DNA of 64,000 nt from NCBI RefSeq assembly GCF_006345805.1, contig NC_043021.1, positions 24,986,001 to 25,050,000 of the forward strand. The letters run 5' to 3'. Position 1 is the first letter of the stretch. Each line of letters begins with the position of its first letter. Made by a program: the position numbers and the translations under genes. The notes under the pieces were generated by a model. The model saw nothing but the letters and a program-made list of their open reading frames with translations, searched no databases and was not told the origin of the DNA. The DNA is from Octopus sinensis (Eukaryota). Shown piece after piece: positions 23,563-36,900 of the stretch.

Positions 23563-26500
23563 ACGGTATGGTATTTTGTTTATTTGCTATTAATTCTGAC
23601 TCCACTGCCTTTTTATTTATTTGCTGACATATTTCATGCAGTGTGCAGTTAATATTAATGCTAGCAACTTGTTGCTTATGTCAGCAACGACCTTCTTACG
23701 CTGACGACATGTTGTTGTTGTTATTATTATTATTATTAGATACGTGTGTGTGTGTGTGTGTGTGCACGCGCGTATGTGTATCTGTGCACACACACACACA
23801 CACACACACACGAAAGCTAATGCCGCAGAACGATTTCGTTGTCAGTTGTGTTGAGGTCTTTCTACGAAGCAGTGCCAACCACTACGATGCTTATCCTCGT
23901 GTGCCCACATCTGTAGTTTGTGTGTGTGTGTGTAAGGTAAGACTCTCTCGTATGAGTTGAGGAAGCTTCAACTAATTAAGATTTATCTAAGCAGTTAGTG
24001 GACAAAATCTCCCTCTAGGCGTGTTAAAAACCTGAAAGACAAGGGATTCAATGCCATTAAAATCAAATGGTCAATATTGTTTTTTTTATTAATAAAGTGT
24101 CGATTCGTGTGTGTATGGTTTTTGAAGCCAACTGGTGAAAGTAATGTACATGTTCCTGTCTCATTAAACCTCCTCAACAAAGCATCTACTCAATTGGCAA
24201 GACTTAGAACGAATTAGTTGGCTTGTTTGTTTTAACGTCCGTTTTTCCATGTTTACATGGGTTAGATGAATATGTCTTTGAAGTATTGTTTTACAATGCT
24301 AGATGCCTTTCCTACTCTGACCGTTACTTGTGAAGGATATTTTGTTCCCTGTGACTTCAGAGGCATGAATCGAGCAGATAATTTGTTGATGTGAGCTGAC
24401 AACAATATCCCCAACAAATTGCAACTTACCTAGATGCAAGCAAGATGTTAATACGCATGCACGTGCCCGTGTGTTGCCATCTTCGATGTTTTAGTGTTTA
24501 TTCTTCCACGCTGGCATGGGTCGGGTGGAGTTTGCTGTAGCTGGATGCCCTCCCTCTAGCCATCTGACGACACTTGTTTCCCACTAAGGTAACATTTCTT
24601 CATGGCAGGACACATTTTCATCGGAGATTGGAAACAGAGAACACCACGTGTATGAAGGTGACACTCGTTTACAACTGTCATGTGATGTCAAGGAAAACGA
24701 CACACACACACACACACATTCACCCCACCATATGCACACACGCACACACACACATTCACCCCACCATATGCACACACACACATACACACGTATACCTACA
24801 TTTTCCAGTCAGCATTATTCTTGTTGTTGGCCACCAAGGACTGTTGTTAGATTCGCAGGAGTCTGATTCCACAGTTATAGAAGCAAGGTCTTACATAATA
24901 ATCTTGAGTAGCACTACACCTCTACTGGCTTGGAATAGTTTGCTGACCCTCAGTATGTCAAGGTGGCTGCTAAATGCCCTGTGATCTTTTATTTTACCAC
25001 TTTATTATTCTGTCATTAATCACCCTTGCAATATTGGCCATGTTGTTGGTGCCAAAGACCTCGTCCATAACCTGAACATGAGGCCTTTACTGGGTGCTGA
25101 CAGCTGGAGTCAACTGAGTCCAGAACTTGCTACAAGTGAGGGTCATTGCTTCTTAAAATAGCTAGAGCACTTAAGAAAACCTACCACAGTCACCGTTTGC
25201 AAGTACATATGATCTAATATCATATGTCAAGCTTTTGCTGTGAAGTCCCACCTTTATGGCCCTCCCCCTTCTCAACCCAGTGGGGTATTGTGGAGAGCTC
25301 CAGGGCAAAAAGGCTGCACCAGCATTAGGCTAGTACATGGCACCTGTGAAAGAGGGAGACCCAGGAAGACATGGAATTATTGAAGAGACTGGAGTAAATA
25401 AGAAATCAATGCTCTTCACTGGGTCCAGCTCAAGAATTGAACCCACAAAACCTTATGATTATGAGTTGAGTACCCTTACCACTCTACCATGTGCCTTAAC
25501 ATTCACTACAGCAAGACATCCGTTTCTGTCCCTCTCATCATCTGGCACAAGGCCACCACTTCCAATACCCCCCACCCCTAAAAGGATCTTTGTCTTGCAA
25601 GTTACTTGGTGACCATCCCAGTGCTGGTACCACATAAAAAGCATCCAGTCCACACTATAAAGTGGTTGGCATTAGGAAAGGCACCCAGCCATAAAAACCT
25701 TGCCAAAACAGACTTTGCCAGTGCTGGTGCTACGTAAAAAGCTCTCAATCCACTCTGTAAAGTGGTTGGCATTAGGAAGGGCATTCAGCCATAAAACCTA
25801 TGCCAAAGTAGACAGTGAAGCGTGGCACAGTTTTCTGGCTTACAGCTCCTGTCAAACCATTCAACTCAAGCCAGCATGGAAAATGGATGTTAAATGATGA
25901 TGATAGAAAGAAAATGCACAGAAATTTTATGTTGGACAATGTGTGTATGTATGTATGTGTGTGTGTGTGTATGTGGTGCGTGTGTGCATGCATGCATGCA
26001 TGAATGAATGAAAGAAAGAAATAGAATATTTACATAGTCAACAGGTTTCACTTGTGATAATCATGATTAAGGAGTTAGTGATAATGATACAATTTCATGT
26101 TATAAGAAACATGTTGAAAGGAAGAAAGATATTTTGAAGCCTTATATATATATATGATAGGCTTCCGCACAATTTCTGTTTACCAAAGCATTTGCTCACA
26201 AGGTATTGTTAAGCCCAGGGCTCTTGTAGCAGACACTTGCCTTAGTGAGACTGAACCTGAAGCCATTTGGTTGCAAAACAAGATTTTTAACTACACAGCC
26301 ATATCTATGACTATAAATTGCGAGCCTTCCTGGTGGGTAATTGAACCCCAATCTCCGGCATGACAGGCAAGGATACTTACCACTGTACTACTGATTAAAG
26401 AAAAGAATGTTTGTTGGTTCAATGGATTCGTTTATCTTGGATGTTGTGGGTTAAAAGGATTTTTGTGTAAAATGTATTTACTTGTTCTTTCTATAAGGGT

Positions 26501-28547
26501 AGATTTAAACATGAACTGAGACGTTACAATAATAGGTTGCGTGGGTGGGGTGGGGGTGAATCAGGTCTGAGATTTATCAATGTCTTGTGATCAATTATAT
26601 TTATCTATTATTAATTCAAATTTTATCTGAAGTTTTTTTGAAGAAAAAACTGAATAAACAATCACAGCATTTGAACTTTAGAACTTTCTAATTGCATCTA
26701 CACAAACAATACCACATCAGTGAGAAAGCCTATATCCAGTCACTCAGCTTGCTAGAAATAGCAGCAAAATATCCCTCTCTTTTGCCTTGAAAAAGAAAGA
26801 AAGGGCATTTTATATGTAGTCCTAGTTACATTATCTCTAAGAAACATAGATGTGATGGTCAAGGGTGTAATGACTTTGATCAGATATGCATGGTCATATG
26901 TAACCTAGGGCTAAACACTAATAACAGTCATCAGAGACTTAGTTTTTTAACTCTGAAAGAAGCAGGGAACTTTGTTGTTGTTAGCCCTGGGTCTATTGAT
27001 GTTTAGCCAATCGGTCAGTCCAAGTGGAGCAGACATAGCACCAGAAGTATTTTAACCATGACCAACCTTGTGATTGAGAGAGAGACTTGGTTGCTCTTTC
27101 TAGCTTTTATTGTGACCGACAGACACAAACTTTCCCCACCCAGGATCTTTGTTCCATTGTACGTCTGGGTGATATTGGTCAAGAAATCACTACAATGCCA
27201 TCTGTTTCAGCCGAGTGAAAGTGGTATGGAGTGATGAGGGCCCCAAACTTGCAATGATGATGCCTGGACTGTTGCAGTACGAAATAAGGTCCTCTTTAAA
27301 GCTTGTCCTTGTGTAGACCCAGCTTAATTCTAATCTGTCAATATTAAGATATTCCATGTACCAAAGTGTGTGTGTGTGTATTATGTAATATATAAATCGT
27401 ATATTATTGAAAGCCAGTGAATCTCCTCAGCTCTTAGCTGTAATGACCCGGATCCTAATGGGATGCAGGATTAAACATTCTCAATCATTTGACATAAGCT
27501 GGAGTCATTCTGTTATCTAAAAAAGGGCCGGTCAGTTTGGCTCATGGTCCCAGCAGACAAAATGGAAAAGGCGTTGCTCTGGAGAACGGCAAGGGAGATA
27601 TACCAGAACAGTCACTCTGACTCTCAGGCCTCACACTTGCAGATAGCCAGCTCTGCCCTGATAACAGTGAACAGGGATGTGGTCTGGGGGCCAAGAATGC
27701 CAGAGGTCTCCACTGTCATAGGCTCAACCACAATGCTGTCAGGATTTTAATTACATTTGAAAAGAATAATTTATTATTATCTAGAGAAAAATCAGGTGAC
27801 ATCACTCAATATTGAAGAAGATGACTGAACATTGATGTCTCCTTGGCCCCTAGCTTTTTATCTAAACCCCGGTTGCATTAACTCAGTATCATGGAGAAGA
27901 ATCTCGGTGTGCTGCAATGCACTCCACTTCCCATGTTGGAGACAATCCTTGTGCCCACCTCCTTCTGACTGTAAGGAGCACCTGTCAAAGAGTTATGTTG
28001 CTTTAATGCATTAACGATATGATTTCATAGCCATAGTGAAAGTGACCTGTCAAGGAAGTTGAGCACTCCCAACAAACCCGACAGTTTGTAAAATATGTTT
28101 TACTTGGAGGAGACGTGAATTCTGTAAGGTACCAGCAATTGAGGCATCCGACTTAGAGGAGGGATAACTTCAAACAGGGATTGATTCTGCGTTGAGGACA
28201 GACACTTAAGCCTTGACTGATGACAACCTCTCAAATGCCTGTAATGGGATAAAATGCATGCAGGCCATGCTGTGAAGAAGGGCCAAAATTTATGAATTCA
28301 AAATAAACAGCTTATATAGCAAACTTAATCAGTTTTATTCTGTTACTGTAATGTAGGGCAGTAATTAGGGGTCAGGAGACATTGTGAGGCCTGTTTAACC
28401 TTTCACTGTAAGAAGAAATGGACATAAAGCATTTGCTATGTGTGGCGGCAGTAAGTAGCCTTCTTGGTCCAATAAGTTGGCCTCTGCATGGTTGGTCACC
28501 CTGCTAGAAATAACAAACTCCCCTTAAATCACATCAAGATAATAGCA

Positions 28548-28775
28548 AAGTAGTAGTAGTAGTAGTAGCAGTAGTTGTAGCAGTAGTAGTTATGGTAGCA
28601 GTAGTTGTAGCAGTAGTAGTAGCAGTAGTTGTAGCAGTAGTAGTTGTAGCAGTAGTAGTTGTAGCAGTAGTAGTTGTAGCAGTAGTAGTAGCAGCAGCAG
28701 TAGTAATAGTAGCGGTAGTAGCAGTAGTTGTAGTAGCAGCAGCAGTAGTAGTAGTAGTAGTAGCAGTAGTAGTAA
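28548..28775. repeat. Compound (GTA/GCA/GTT)n microsatellite
   Basis: Directly visible. Confidence 0.95.
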
Positions 28776-29030
28776 ATGTTGGATACCCTGAGTGATCATG
28801 GTTACTGTGTTACTGATTATAAAAGCCTATACAATGAAACGCCTGTATTTGGGTTAAACAACTTAGTCTTCCTCCTGGACTAGTTATTTCGGTTTCAAAC
28901 ATAAATACTCTTCTGTGTCACATATTTTAAATGCTTTGCTTTGTTGGGTTTTATTCTTTTTTATTCTCAATTCAAATATGAGACATTATCAATGAGCCAC
29001 AGTCATGTGTTACGGTCAATTCCTTCCAGT

Positions 29031-29064
<34 letters not shown>

Positions 29065-29168
29065 CATCATCATCATCATGTATATATATATATATACCGG
29101 AGTAAACACATAAATGTGAAACAACGTGGAAAAAAAGAGTACTCAAATACCAGTGGTAGAGTAATATG

Positions 29169-29279
29169 CTTTATTTAAAGCAGCAGAAAATTCAACAAAA
29201 CCTCTTACTCTGAGTTTTGAACAGCAACAGGAAACTCAGAGTAACAGGTTTTGTTGAATTTTCTGCTGCTTTAAATAAA

Positions 29280-29280
<1 letters not shown>
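29169..29280. repeat. ~48-bp-stem hairpin, probable internally deleted palindromic element
   Basis: ctttatttaaagcagcagaaaattcaacaaaacct-cttactctgagttt pairs with aaactcagagtaa-caggttttgttgaattttctgctgctttaaataaag. Confidence 0.85.
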
Positions 29281-29319
<39 letters not shown>

Positions 29320-30071
29320 AAAATGAGACAAGGTTGAAAATGCTAAAATAATTTTATCATGAAGAACATTTTAGTACCGGTTTCAGTCTTTGTGACTTTT
29401 TCAACTTATAGTAAAGCATGAAAAACAATTAAATTGTGGAAAAATTTAATGAAATGTTTTTTTTAAAAATGTTTCCATAGTTTTCAAATGCGAGGGAGAT
29501 TTTCCTTTTTTCTACAGTCTGTCTCTCTTTTTTTACTCTTATCATCATCATTTAATGTTCACCTACCATGCTGGCATGGGTGGAACGGTTTGAGAAGAGC
29601 CGACCAGACTTCTATAAATGCTTTGACAGGATTTTTACAGCTGGATGCTCTTCCTAACCCCCATTTACTCAATATATATATATATATATATTTGTATGTA
29701 TGAATGAATGAATGACACTGATAATGTTTACATTATTACAGCTGCTTTTAATTCAAAATTTAATTTTGTGTGTGTGTGTGTGTGTGTATATATTGTTTGT
29801 TTGTTTTTGTTTGTTTTTCCAGTTTCAGCTCTTGAGCTGTGGCCATGCTGGGGCACCGCCATTGTGGTGAAAGAGTACAGCAGGGATCACCACCCCCTGC
29901 CGGAGCCTCGTAGAGCTTTTAGGTGTTTTCGCTCAATAAACACACACAACGCCCGGTCTGAGAACCGAAACCGCGATCCTGCGACCGCGAGTCCGCTGCC
30001 CTAACCACTAGGCCATTGCGCCTCTACATATATATATTCATAAACACATACACACACACACACATATATAT

Positions 30072-30303
30072 AAGGCGGCGAGCTGGCAGAAACGTTAGCA
30101 CACCGGGTGAAATGCGTTGCCGTATTTCGTCTGCCGTTATGTTCCGAGTTCAAATTCCGCCGAGGTCGACTTTGCCTTTCATCCTTCTGGGGTCGATAAA
30201 TTAAGTACCAGTTACGCACTGGGGTCAATGTAATCGACTTAATCTGTTTGTCTGTCCTTGTTTGTCTCCTCTGTGTTTAGCCCCTTGTGGGTAGTAAAGA
30301 AAT
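30072..30303 (+). mobile_element. SINE family A (young, CpG-retaining)
   Basis: aggcggcgagctggcagaaacgttagc...gagttcaaattcc. Inverted sister copy at 32360-32580. Confidence 0.85.
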
Positions 30304-30310
30304 ATATATA

Positions 30311-31140
30311 TACAAGGTGTGGTGAATAAACTGTCATCTAAATTACACAAAAATGAAAACAACACTGACATCTCATTTCAATAGATATTTTTTACCAAAA
30401 TTGCATAAAAATATTTTGAAATACTAAAGAGTAAATTCACTCAATAAAATCGCCATTGGCTTCAACCACAATTTCCAGATGACTTCTGCACAGTCTCCTT
30501 ATTTAAGTTGGTGAATGCTGCCATGATCCTTGCCTTCAGTTCATCTTTGGTGTTACAAGGAGTTTTGTTGGGCTCTTGCTCAACTGCACCTCACACATAA
30601 TAATCAAGGAGGTTGCAGTCTGGAGAGTTAGGTGACCAGATATTGGGGGTGATGTGGTTTCAGAAATTATCTGACAGCCATGACTGGGTTCTCCTGTTTG
30701 TGTAGTGTAGTGCAGAGTCCTGTTGCCAGATATAAGGTCTTCCAGCAGCCACCCTCTTGACCCAGAGCAGCACTACCTCCTCCAGGCACTTGATGTAGGC
30801 ACCCATGTTGAGTCTGAGGCCATGTGGAGAGATGAATGGAGGCATAACGTGACCATCGCTGGTGATCATTCCAAACACCATGATGTTGACTGGATGTTTG
30901 CTTTTTATCACTCTTGGTACATGTTTTGGGGACACAGCAAGACAATGGTTCTGTGTGTTCACTATCTTTTCATATTGGAGATTCTAGCACAAATGCCAAA
31001 CAGTACAGCATATCGTTTCCAAATTTCTGGCAGAGTGAATTGCATCATGTTGCTGCTTTTCTCGCAGATGGTGCCCAACTGACCCTACTATACTATGTAG
31101 TCAACAAAACCAAAAACAAACAATGAGTATGCATGAAATT
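30311..31140 (-). mobile_element. Internally deleted maT-like (DD37D) transposon
   Basis: WQQDSALH...SPNSPDCNLLDY with 37 residues between the last two Asp. N-terminus MMQFTLPEIWKR joined directly to the catalytic region. Confidence 0.8.
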
Positions 31141-32359
31141 AAAAACATAAAATGGAAAAGTGGATGTTAAAACAATGATAATGATATGGTCCTTGTTCTC
31201 TATACTAAGGATAGCACCATGTGGACAAAATCGCTCATCCATAAACTGACTGACTACATCACTGACCTTTGAGTTATGTCCAGTTTTATTCCCATCAAAA
31301 TATACTTAGAATCTAAAGAAAACAATCTAGCATTCTTTGGATGCATCAAGAAATTCATTGAAGAATTGTTGAAGATATGTCATGAAAGAATGGTTGAGGG
31401 TAGAAGTTGTGATTGATCTAAAAGAAGATGGAGGCAACCACTCTACATGTTAGGCATAGCAGTGTTTTGGTTGGCATCGGTTACTTCATAAGGGTTAGAA
31501 AAGGGTCTGTAAAAAGGGAATAAAACTTGTAATAAAAGTTTCAGCTAAAACTTCTTTTACTCATGTATGTATGTATGTCTGTGTGTGTGTGTATACATGC
31601 ACACACACACACACACCCATGTATACACACATTCACCAGAATGTTCCATGCTGTTCTAAATATCTCATGCCATCAACACATGACTAGAAAAACACTCTAC
31701 CAAGACATCCAATACATCAGAGAGACGACAAGATGAACACACAGGCTGTGATTTTTTGGTCAGTGTCATAGAGAGGAGTCAGTGGCTCTTATACGGCAAC
31801 CTTCTTCTCATTAATAAGGAAGAGGTCGACCAGCAAAAGAAAATTTCAGCAACCAATCGCTGGAAGACACTGGATGCACAATCCAAGAACTTTAATGCCA
31901 TGGATGACAGAGCGGAATGGCAGACATGTGTCAGGAATGCTGAGAAATTCTCACTCCAAGCTTCTAAATATGCGCATGTACGTACACAAACACACACACA
32001 CGGCATATACTTTGTTTATTTGTGATGGAGCATAGGTTTTTTGGGAGTTGTTTAAATCAAAGTGGGGCATGGTACAGAAAGGTTGAGAAACCCTGGTGTA
32101 ACCTCAACAACTAGGCCAAAATAAACTTTCACAGTAAGGGCAAAAATGAATAGGGAATGCTTTTGTGTATAGATGTACTCTCAGTAAATTTGCAGAGGCA
32201 CCAAACACAATTTGTGTCCCTTTATGTTGTGAGTTCAAATTATACCAACAGGAACATTACTTTTATCCTTCTATTGTCAATAAAGTACCAGCTAGACTCT
32301 AGGGGCAATTTAATTGTCTGATCCCTCTCCTATAGTGTGCAACCATATACCAATTTCTT

Positions 32360-32580
32360 TACTGCCCACAAGGGGCTAAACAGAGAGGACAAACAAGCAC
32401 AGACAAAGGGATTAAGTCGATTACATCGACCCCAGTGCGTAACTGGTACTTAATTTATCGACCCCGAAAGGATGAAAGGCAAAGTCGACCTTGGTGGAAT
32501 TTGAACTCAGAACATAACGGCAGACGAAATACGGCTACGCATTTCGCCCGGCGTGCTAACGTTTCTGCCAGCTCCGCCTT
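32360..32580 (-). mobile_element. SINE family A (young), inverted partner of 30072-30303
   Basis: Reverse-complement alignment including the same tail variant. Confidence 0.85.
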
Positions 32581-32984
32581 ATACCATCAATGTTACCATA
32601 TACCATCATTGTTACCTGTAAGAAGCAGGTATTGTTGATTAGAGGTGAGTTCCTTGCAGATTGAATCTGGAAGCAATTCATTTTGCCGACAAATGACACA
32701 ACTGTCATAACAATGTTGGAATAATTTTCTCTACTGATTAAATCTTTAGAATGAAGGTTTAGATATTATTTTGAGCAGGATTTAGAGAGACAGAAGGACA
32801 AGAAGCTGAGAGGTGTTAAAGTGTCGAGTCTTCTTTTCTATTAGCAGGAGATGAAGCATGAGTGGTAAAGATTTTCAATAGTGAAGAGTTTAACAATCAG
32901 CTAGATTATATTTTTTCTAAAAATTCCAGGACACCACACTCCATATCTTGGACTTGTGGCAGAAGCAGTTTTTAAAAAATTGTT

Positions 32985-33375
32985 ACTCTTTTACTCTTTT
33001 ACTTGTTTCAGTCATTTGACTGCGGCCATGCTGGAGCACCGCCTTTAATCGAGCAACTCGACCCCGGGACTTATTCTTTGTAAGCCCAGTACTTATTCTA
33101 TCGGTCTCTTTTGCTGAACCGCTAAGTGACGGGGACATAAACACACCAGCATCGGTTGTCAAGCAATACTAGGGGGACAAACACACACGCCCCCCCCCCA
33201 CACACATATATATACAACGGGCTTCTTTCAGTTTCCATCTACCAAATCCACACACAAGGCTTTGGTTAGCCCGAGGCTATAGCAGAAGACACTTGCCGAA
33301 GGTGCCACGCAGTGGGACTGAACCCGGAACCATGCGGTTGGTAGACAAGCTACTTACCACACAGCCACTCCTGTG
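32985..33375 (-). mobile_element. SINE family B (tRNA head, central microsatellite)
   Basis: Head aggagtggctgtgtggtaag...gggttcagtcccactgcg, tail gactgaaacaagtaaaagagtaa. Confidence 0.85.
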
Positions 33376-34197
33376 CCTTGTTGTATATTATTTTGTAGGT
33401 TATGTGGGAATCACTGAATATATTAACTTCTTTCCAAATTCTGCTTTACTTTTGTATTTCTTTGTGTTATAAACGTTACTTCCAAATGTCAGGTTTTACA
33501 TCCTGCCAAGATCAGCTTCCCCTTTCATCTGTCCAGCATCAATAAAATAAAGCTCCAGTTGGGTACTGGGGTAGATATGATTGACTATACACCCCCTCAT
33601 CACAAATTTGAAGCCTTCTGCTTGAGATGGAAGTTAATTTTATGCGTCTGGCACGACCGGTGAGTCATTCCCATTCTATGGTCTTCGTTTGTGGCACAGC
33701 TGGACTCTACCATTAGGAATGAAGAGTTTTTAAGGACATGCGCAACACGCTGTCAAAGTTGATTATAATTATCTCTGACTACGAATCACTGATGTGATCT
33801 CTTTAATTCCATACATTTAATTGTTGATGGACATTGCACTGTCTTTACCCTTATCAAAGACGCTTGATTAAAGTCAACTCTTGATTTCACTTATCAGTTC
33901 ACAGTTGTTTTCGTTAATTAGTTTTAATAAGTACAAATGTAACAAGTAATTAGCCCTTCGTTACCATATTTTTCTCAAAATATCGTTGTCATTATTATTA
34001 TGAAACTGATGTTTGGAAGATGAATTAACGTGAAATTCTGATGTGAGTGAAATTGTGAGATGGATACTGTGCTGAAACCCTTCGTATGCCTCTGTGTGTG
34101 TGTGTGTGTGCGTGATTCTCCAGGAAGCTGGCTTATAAGAACCTATTTCTTATTCAGGAAGGGCATCTCCCTCAAATATCTAATATTTGTAATTCAT

Positions 34198-34328
34198 ATA
34201 TGTGTACATGTGTGTGTGTACATGTGTGTGTGTGTACATGTGTGTGTGTGGACATGTGTGTGTGTGGACATGTGTGTGTGTGTACATGTGTGTGTGTACA
34301 TGTGTATGTATACATGTGTGTGTGTGTC
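34198..34328. repeat. Minisatellite TG(T/G)ACA+(TG)n
   Basis: Directly visible. Confidence 0.85.
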
Positions 34329-35504
34329 TTGAACATCTTTGGAAAAATGGGGTCTATGTTCATATCCCATAACATAGTGGTACAACAAATAGAGATTGTT
34401 AAAATATACACCAGACTTTAAAATATAAGTTGTATGTGTGGTGTCATTTTGATTGAGTGGAGCCTTTCGAATCTGTGCCCCAGCATGGCCACAATCCAGA
34501 CTGACTGAAACCATCATAACATTAAAAGTGTAGCAGTAGTGTGATATAAGGCAGCTTCAGCTGCTCTTTTTGGCAGGTCAAGCAAAGCAGCTGCAAAAGG
34601 GCTTCTCTGAAGGCTGGCTGGTGTATTTAGCTTACAGGTGTATCATGGGATATGTTTGTTTAGATTTCATTTTGTTTGTTCTACGCACACATATTTCCTT
34701 CTTGCTATTTTTCTATGCATCCCACTACAATCATTGCTTTATCTTCTAATCTTGGCATGCTTGTAGTTATCTTTAGCTCAGCATCTGCCGCAATTGTCTC
34801 CGAGCACTCACCTCCCCCTCTCCCTCCCTATCACTGTGACTGTTTCTCCTGTGCCTTCCTTAGCCTTTACTTACCTCTCAGCACTTTCTTCAGCAAGGAC
34901 CCTTCCAGCACATTTTTCCACTGAGCATCCATTCACAATTACACATCAATGCTCATTTAATTCATTCTCTTTCCTGCACACCTCAACAAAACTATTCAAC
35001 ATTCACTTACCTTTCCAACCCATTCTTACATTGCCTTTCATCTTTCATGCAAGTTGACATAAACTGTGATTAATGTCTCCACAAACTAGATTTTTACATT
35101 CCAAATTCACTGCTGAACGGACAAACCTTGCCCAAGGGCACACCGTTAATGACCATCTCATCTCTAGTCTCCTTAACTCCATAACTGTTTAGTGATGTGT
35201 ATTTGTTTCAAAGTACATTGCTGCATTTAGCAAGGTCCTTATATACAGCATGTTTGTACTTTAATATTTCTACAAACCCCTTAATTATGGAGCCCTGCAT
35301 TATGTACTTGTATTGTTCTCAAATAATTGTATAATATTGTTTTTAATGTTGCTATTGTTGTTGTTGTTGTAGTGTTTAGATATTTACTTTCCAATGTTAT
35401 AACCTATGTTTGTGATCTTGACTATTTCGTGTTTGTTTCTATTTTGCCTCTTTTGTAATTTTGTTTTAATTATCTCTGGCACCATATTGATTGGTCATTT
35501 TTAG

Positions 35505-35558
35505 GAAACGTTTCCAATTCCTGGTTTCATTTTGCCAAAGCTAAACCACTGCCACCTG
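35505..35558 (+). CDS. AKAP10: Candidate 54-nt exon within AKAP10 intron 1 (GNVSNSWFHFAKAKPLPP)
   Basis: T-rich acceptor cattttTAG, donor CTG|GTAAGA, phase 1-1, open frame, unique flanks. Confidence 0.4.
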
Positions 35559-36678
35559 GTAAGATCTTCCACATACTCTTGCTTCTCTGCTACTTGTTCT
35601 CTTTTAACTCTTTCCTTTAAAGTCTTTGGAGCTGGCCAACTCTTCTATTCTTTTATTTAACTCGGTACTAAGTCACTTTTTTTGGTAGAAGAGATGTGCA
35701 ACCAACTTGTATTGATATTGGTAGATTACTGATATTTATTTCTGTTATTTCTGTTGGTACACTTCAGACAAAATGCTGCCCTCCACTACACTAAATGTTA
35801 CTTGTAATTATGGTTTGCAAACTCTGTCGGCATTTATGAAGGATATTTGAGTGCAAACCACAGCTACCATAAAAGTAATATCTTCAAACAGCTTACCACA
35901 AGTGGTTTGGCTGCTATTTCTTGCAGGTGAAGTGATCACATAATGGCTTTCTCTCAGCTTGAGGTCACGTAACTAAATATTCTACAACAGTACATTTGTT
36001 AAACTTTCATGAAACGGAATAAATTATTTTAGTTTCATCTGCTTCGTTTCTGCAATTAGCTGACGAGGGGATTCAACTGGGAGTTTATTTTCTACTTGAG
36101 GACCCTAGCCAAACATTGAGAACATAAAACTGGAAATAAATATCAAATGGATGAATCTCTCTCAGTTTCAACAATGAGAATTCAATCACCTGGAATTGCT
36201 GCTCATTGAATTATCATGTGGCCGAATATTCCACAGACACATGTAATCTTAACCCTTTAGCATTCAGTTGATTCTGTCAAATGTAATCCTTATTTGTTCA
36301 CATTGTTTTCAACTAATCCTGCATTATCTTGTAGCTTCGAGATTTTGATGATGTGATCAGTAGTAATTAGTATGACATTGTAGGGTAGGTGTGAAAGGCC
36401 GGATCTGTTTTGAACAAACAACAAGTAGAATATTTGGGTGTGTTTAAAGACTAAAGAGTAAAGTAATTCTCAAACAGAATCAGTGAGACAAGGCTGGACA
36501 TTTGACTCACTGGTAGAATTCATCTGACGGGCTTCTTTACAGTTTCCATTTACCCAACTTGACTAACAAGGTATGGCCTGAGGTTGACCTGGGGATTGTG
36601 CAAAATGATATTTAACCAAAATGTCACACAGTGAGATGGAATAATTTGCCTGAGAGATGCAAGGGGACATCCTGTTAA

Positions 36679-36900
36679 CCCTTTTGGTCCCATATTTCTG
36701 TTGAGATACTCTGGGTTTCTTTCAGTTAATTCTAAATAAAACAAAGAATTTAGTAAAATAACTTCGTTATCATTCAGCTAGTGTTAGGAACATAAATTGT
36801 TGCTAAGGTTTGGTGGAAGATTTTAATTCTGAACTTTTGAAAGCAAGACATTTGTACTATAAAGCCAGAAGCGGTTTCAGGTGGGTTGGTATCGAAAGGG
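36679..36900. mobile_element. piggyBac-like MITE (TTAA-CCCTTT...AAAGGG-TTAA)
   Basis: TTAA at 36675-36678 and 36901-36904, CCC/GGG termini. Confidence 0.75.

Noticed and set aside
27100-28300. Relatively GC-rich non-microsatellite stretch in intron 1
   Set aside because: No phase-compatible exon or clear motif; probably a decayed LINE.
33627-33659. ATG...CCG|GTGAGT possible alternative first exon
   Set aside because: Phase 0 is incompatible with the phase-1 downstream exons, and it overlaps a SINE tail.
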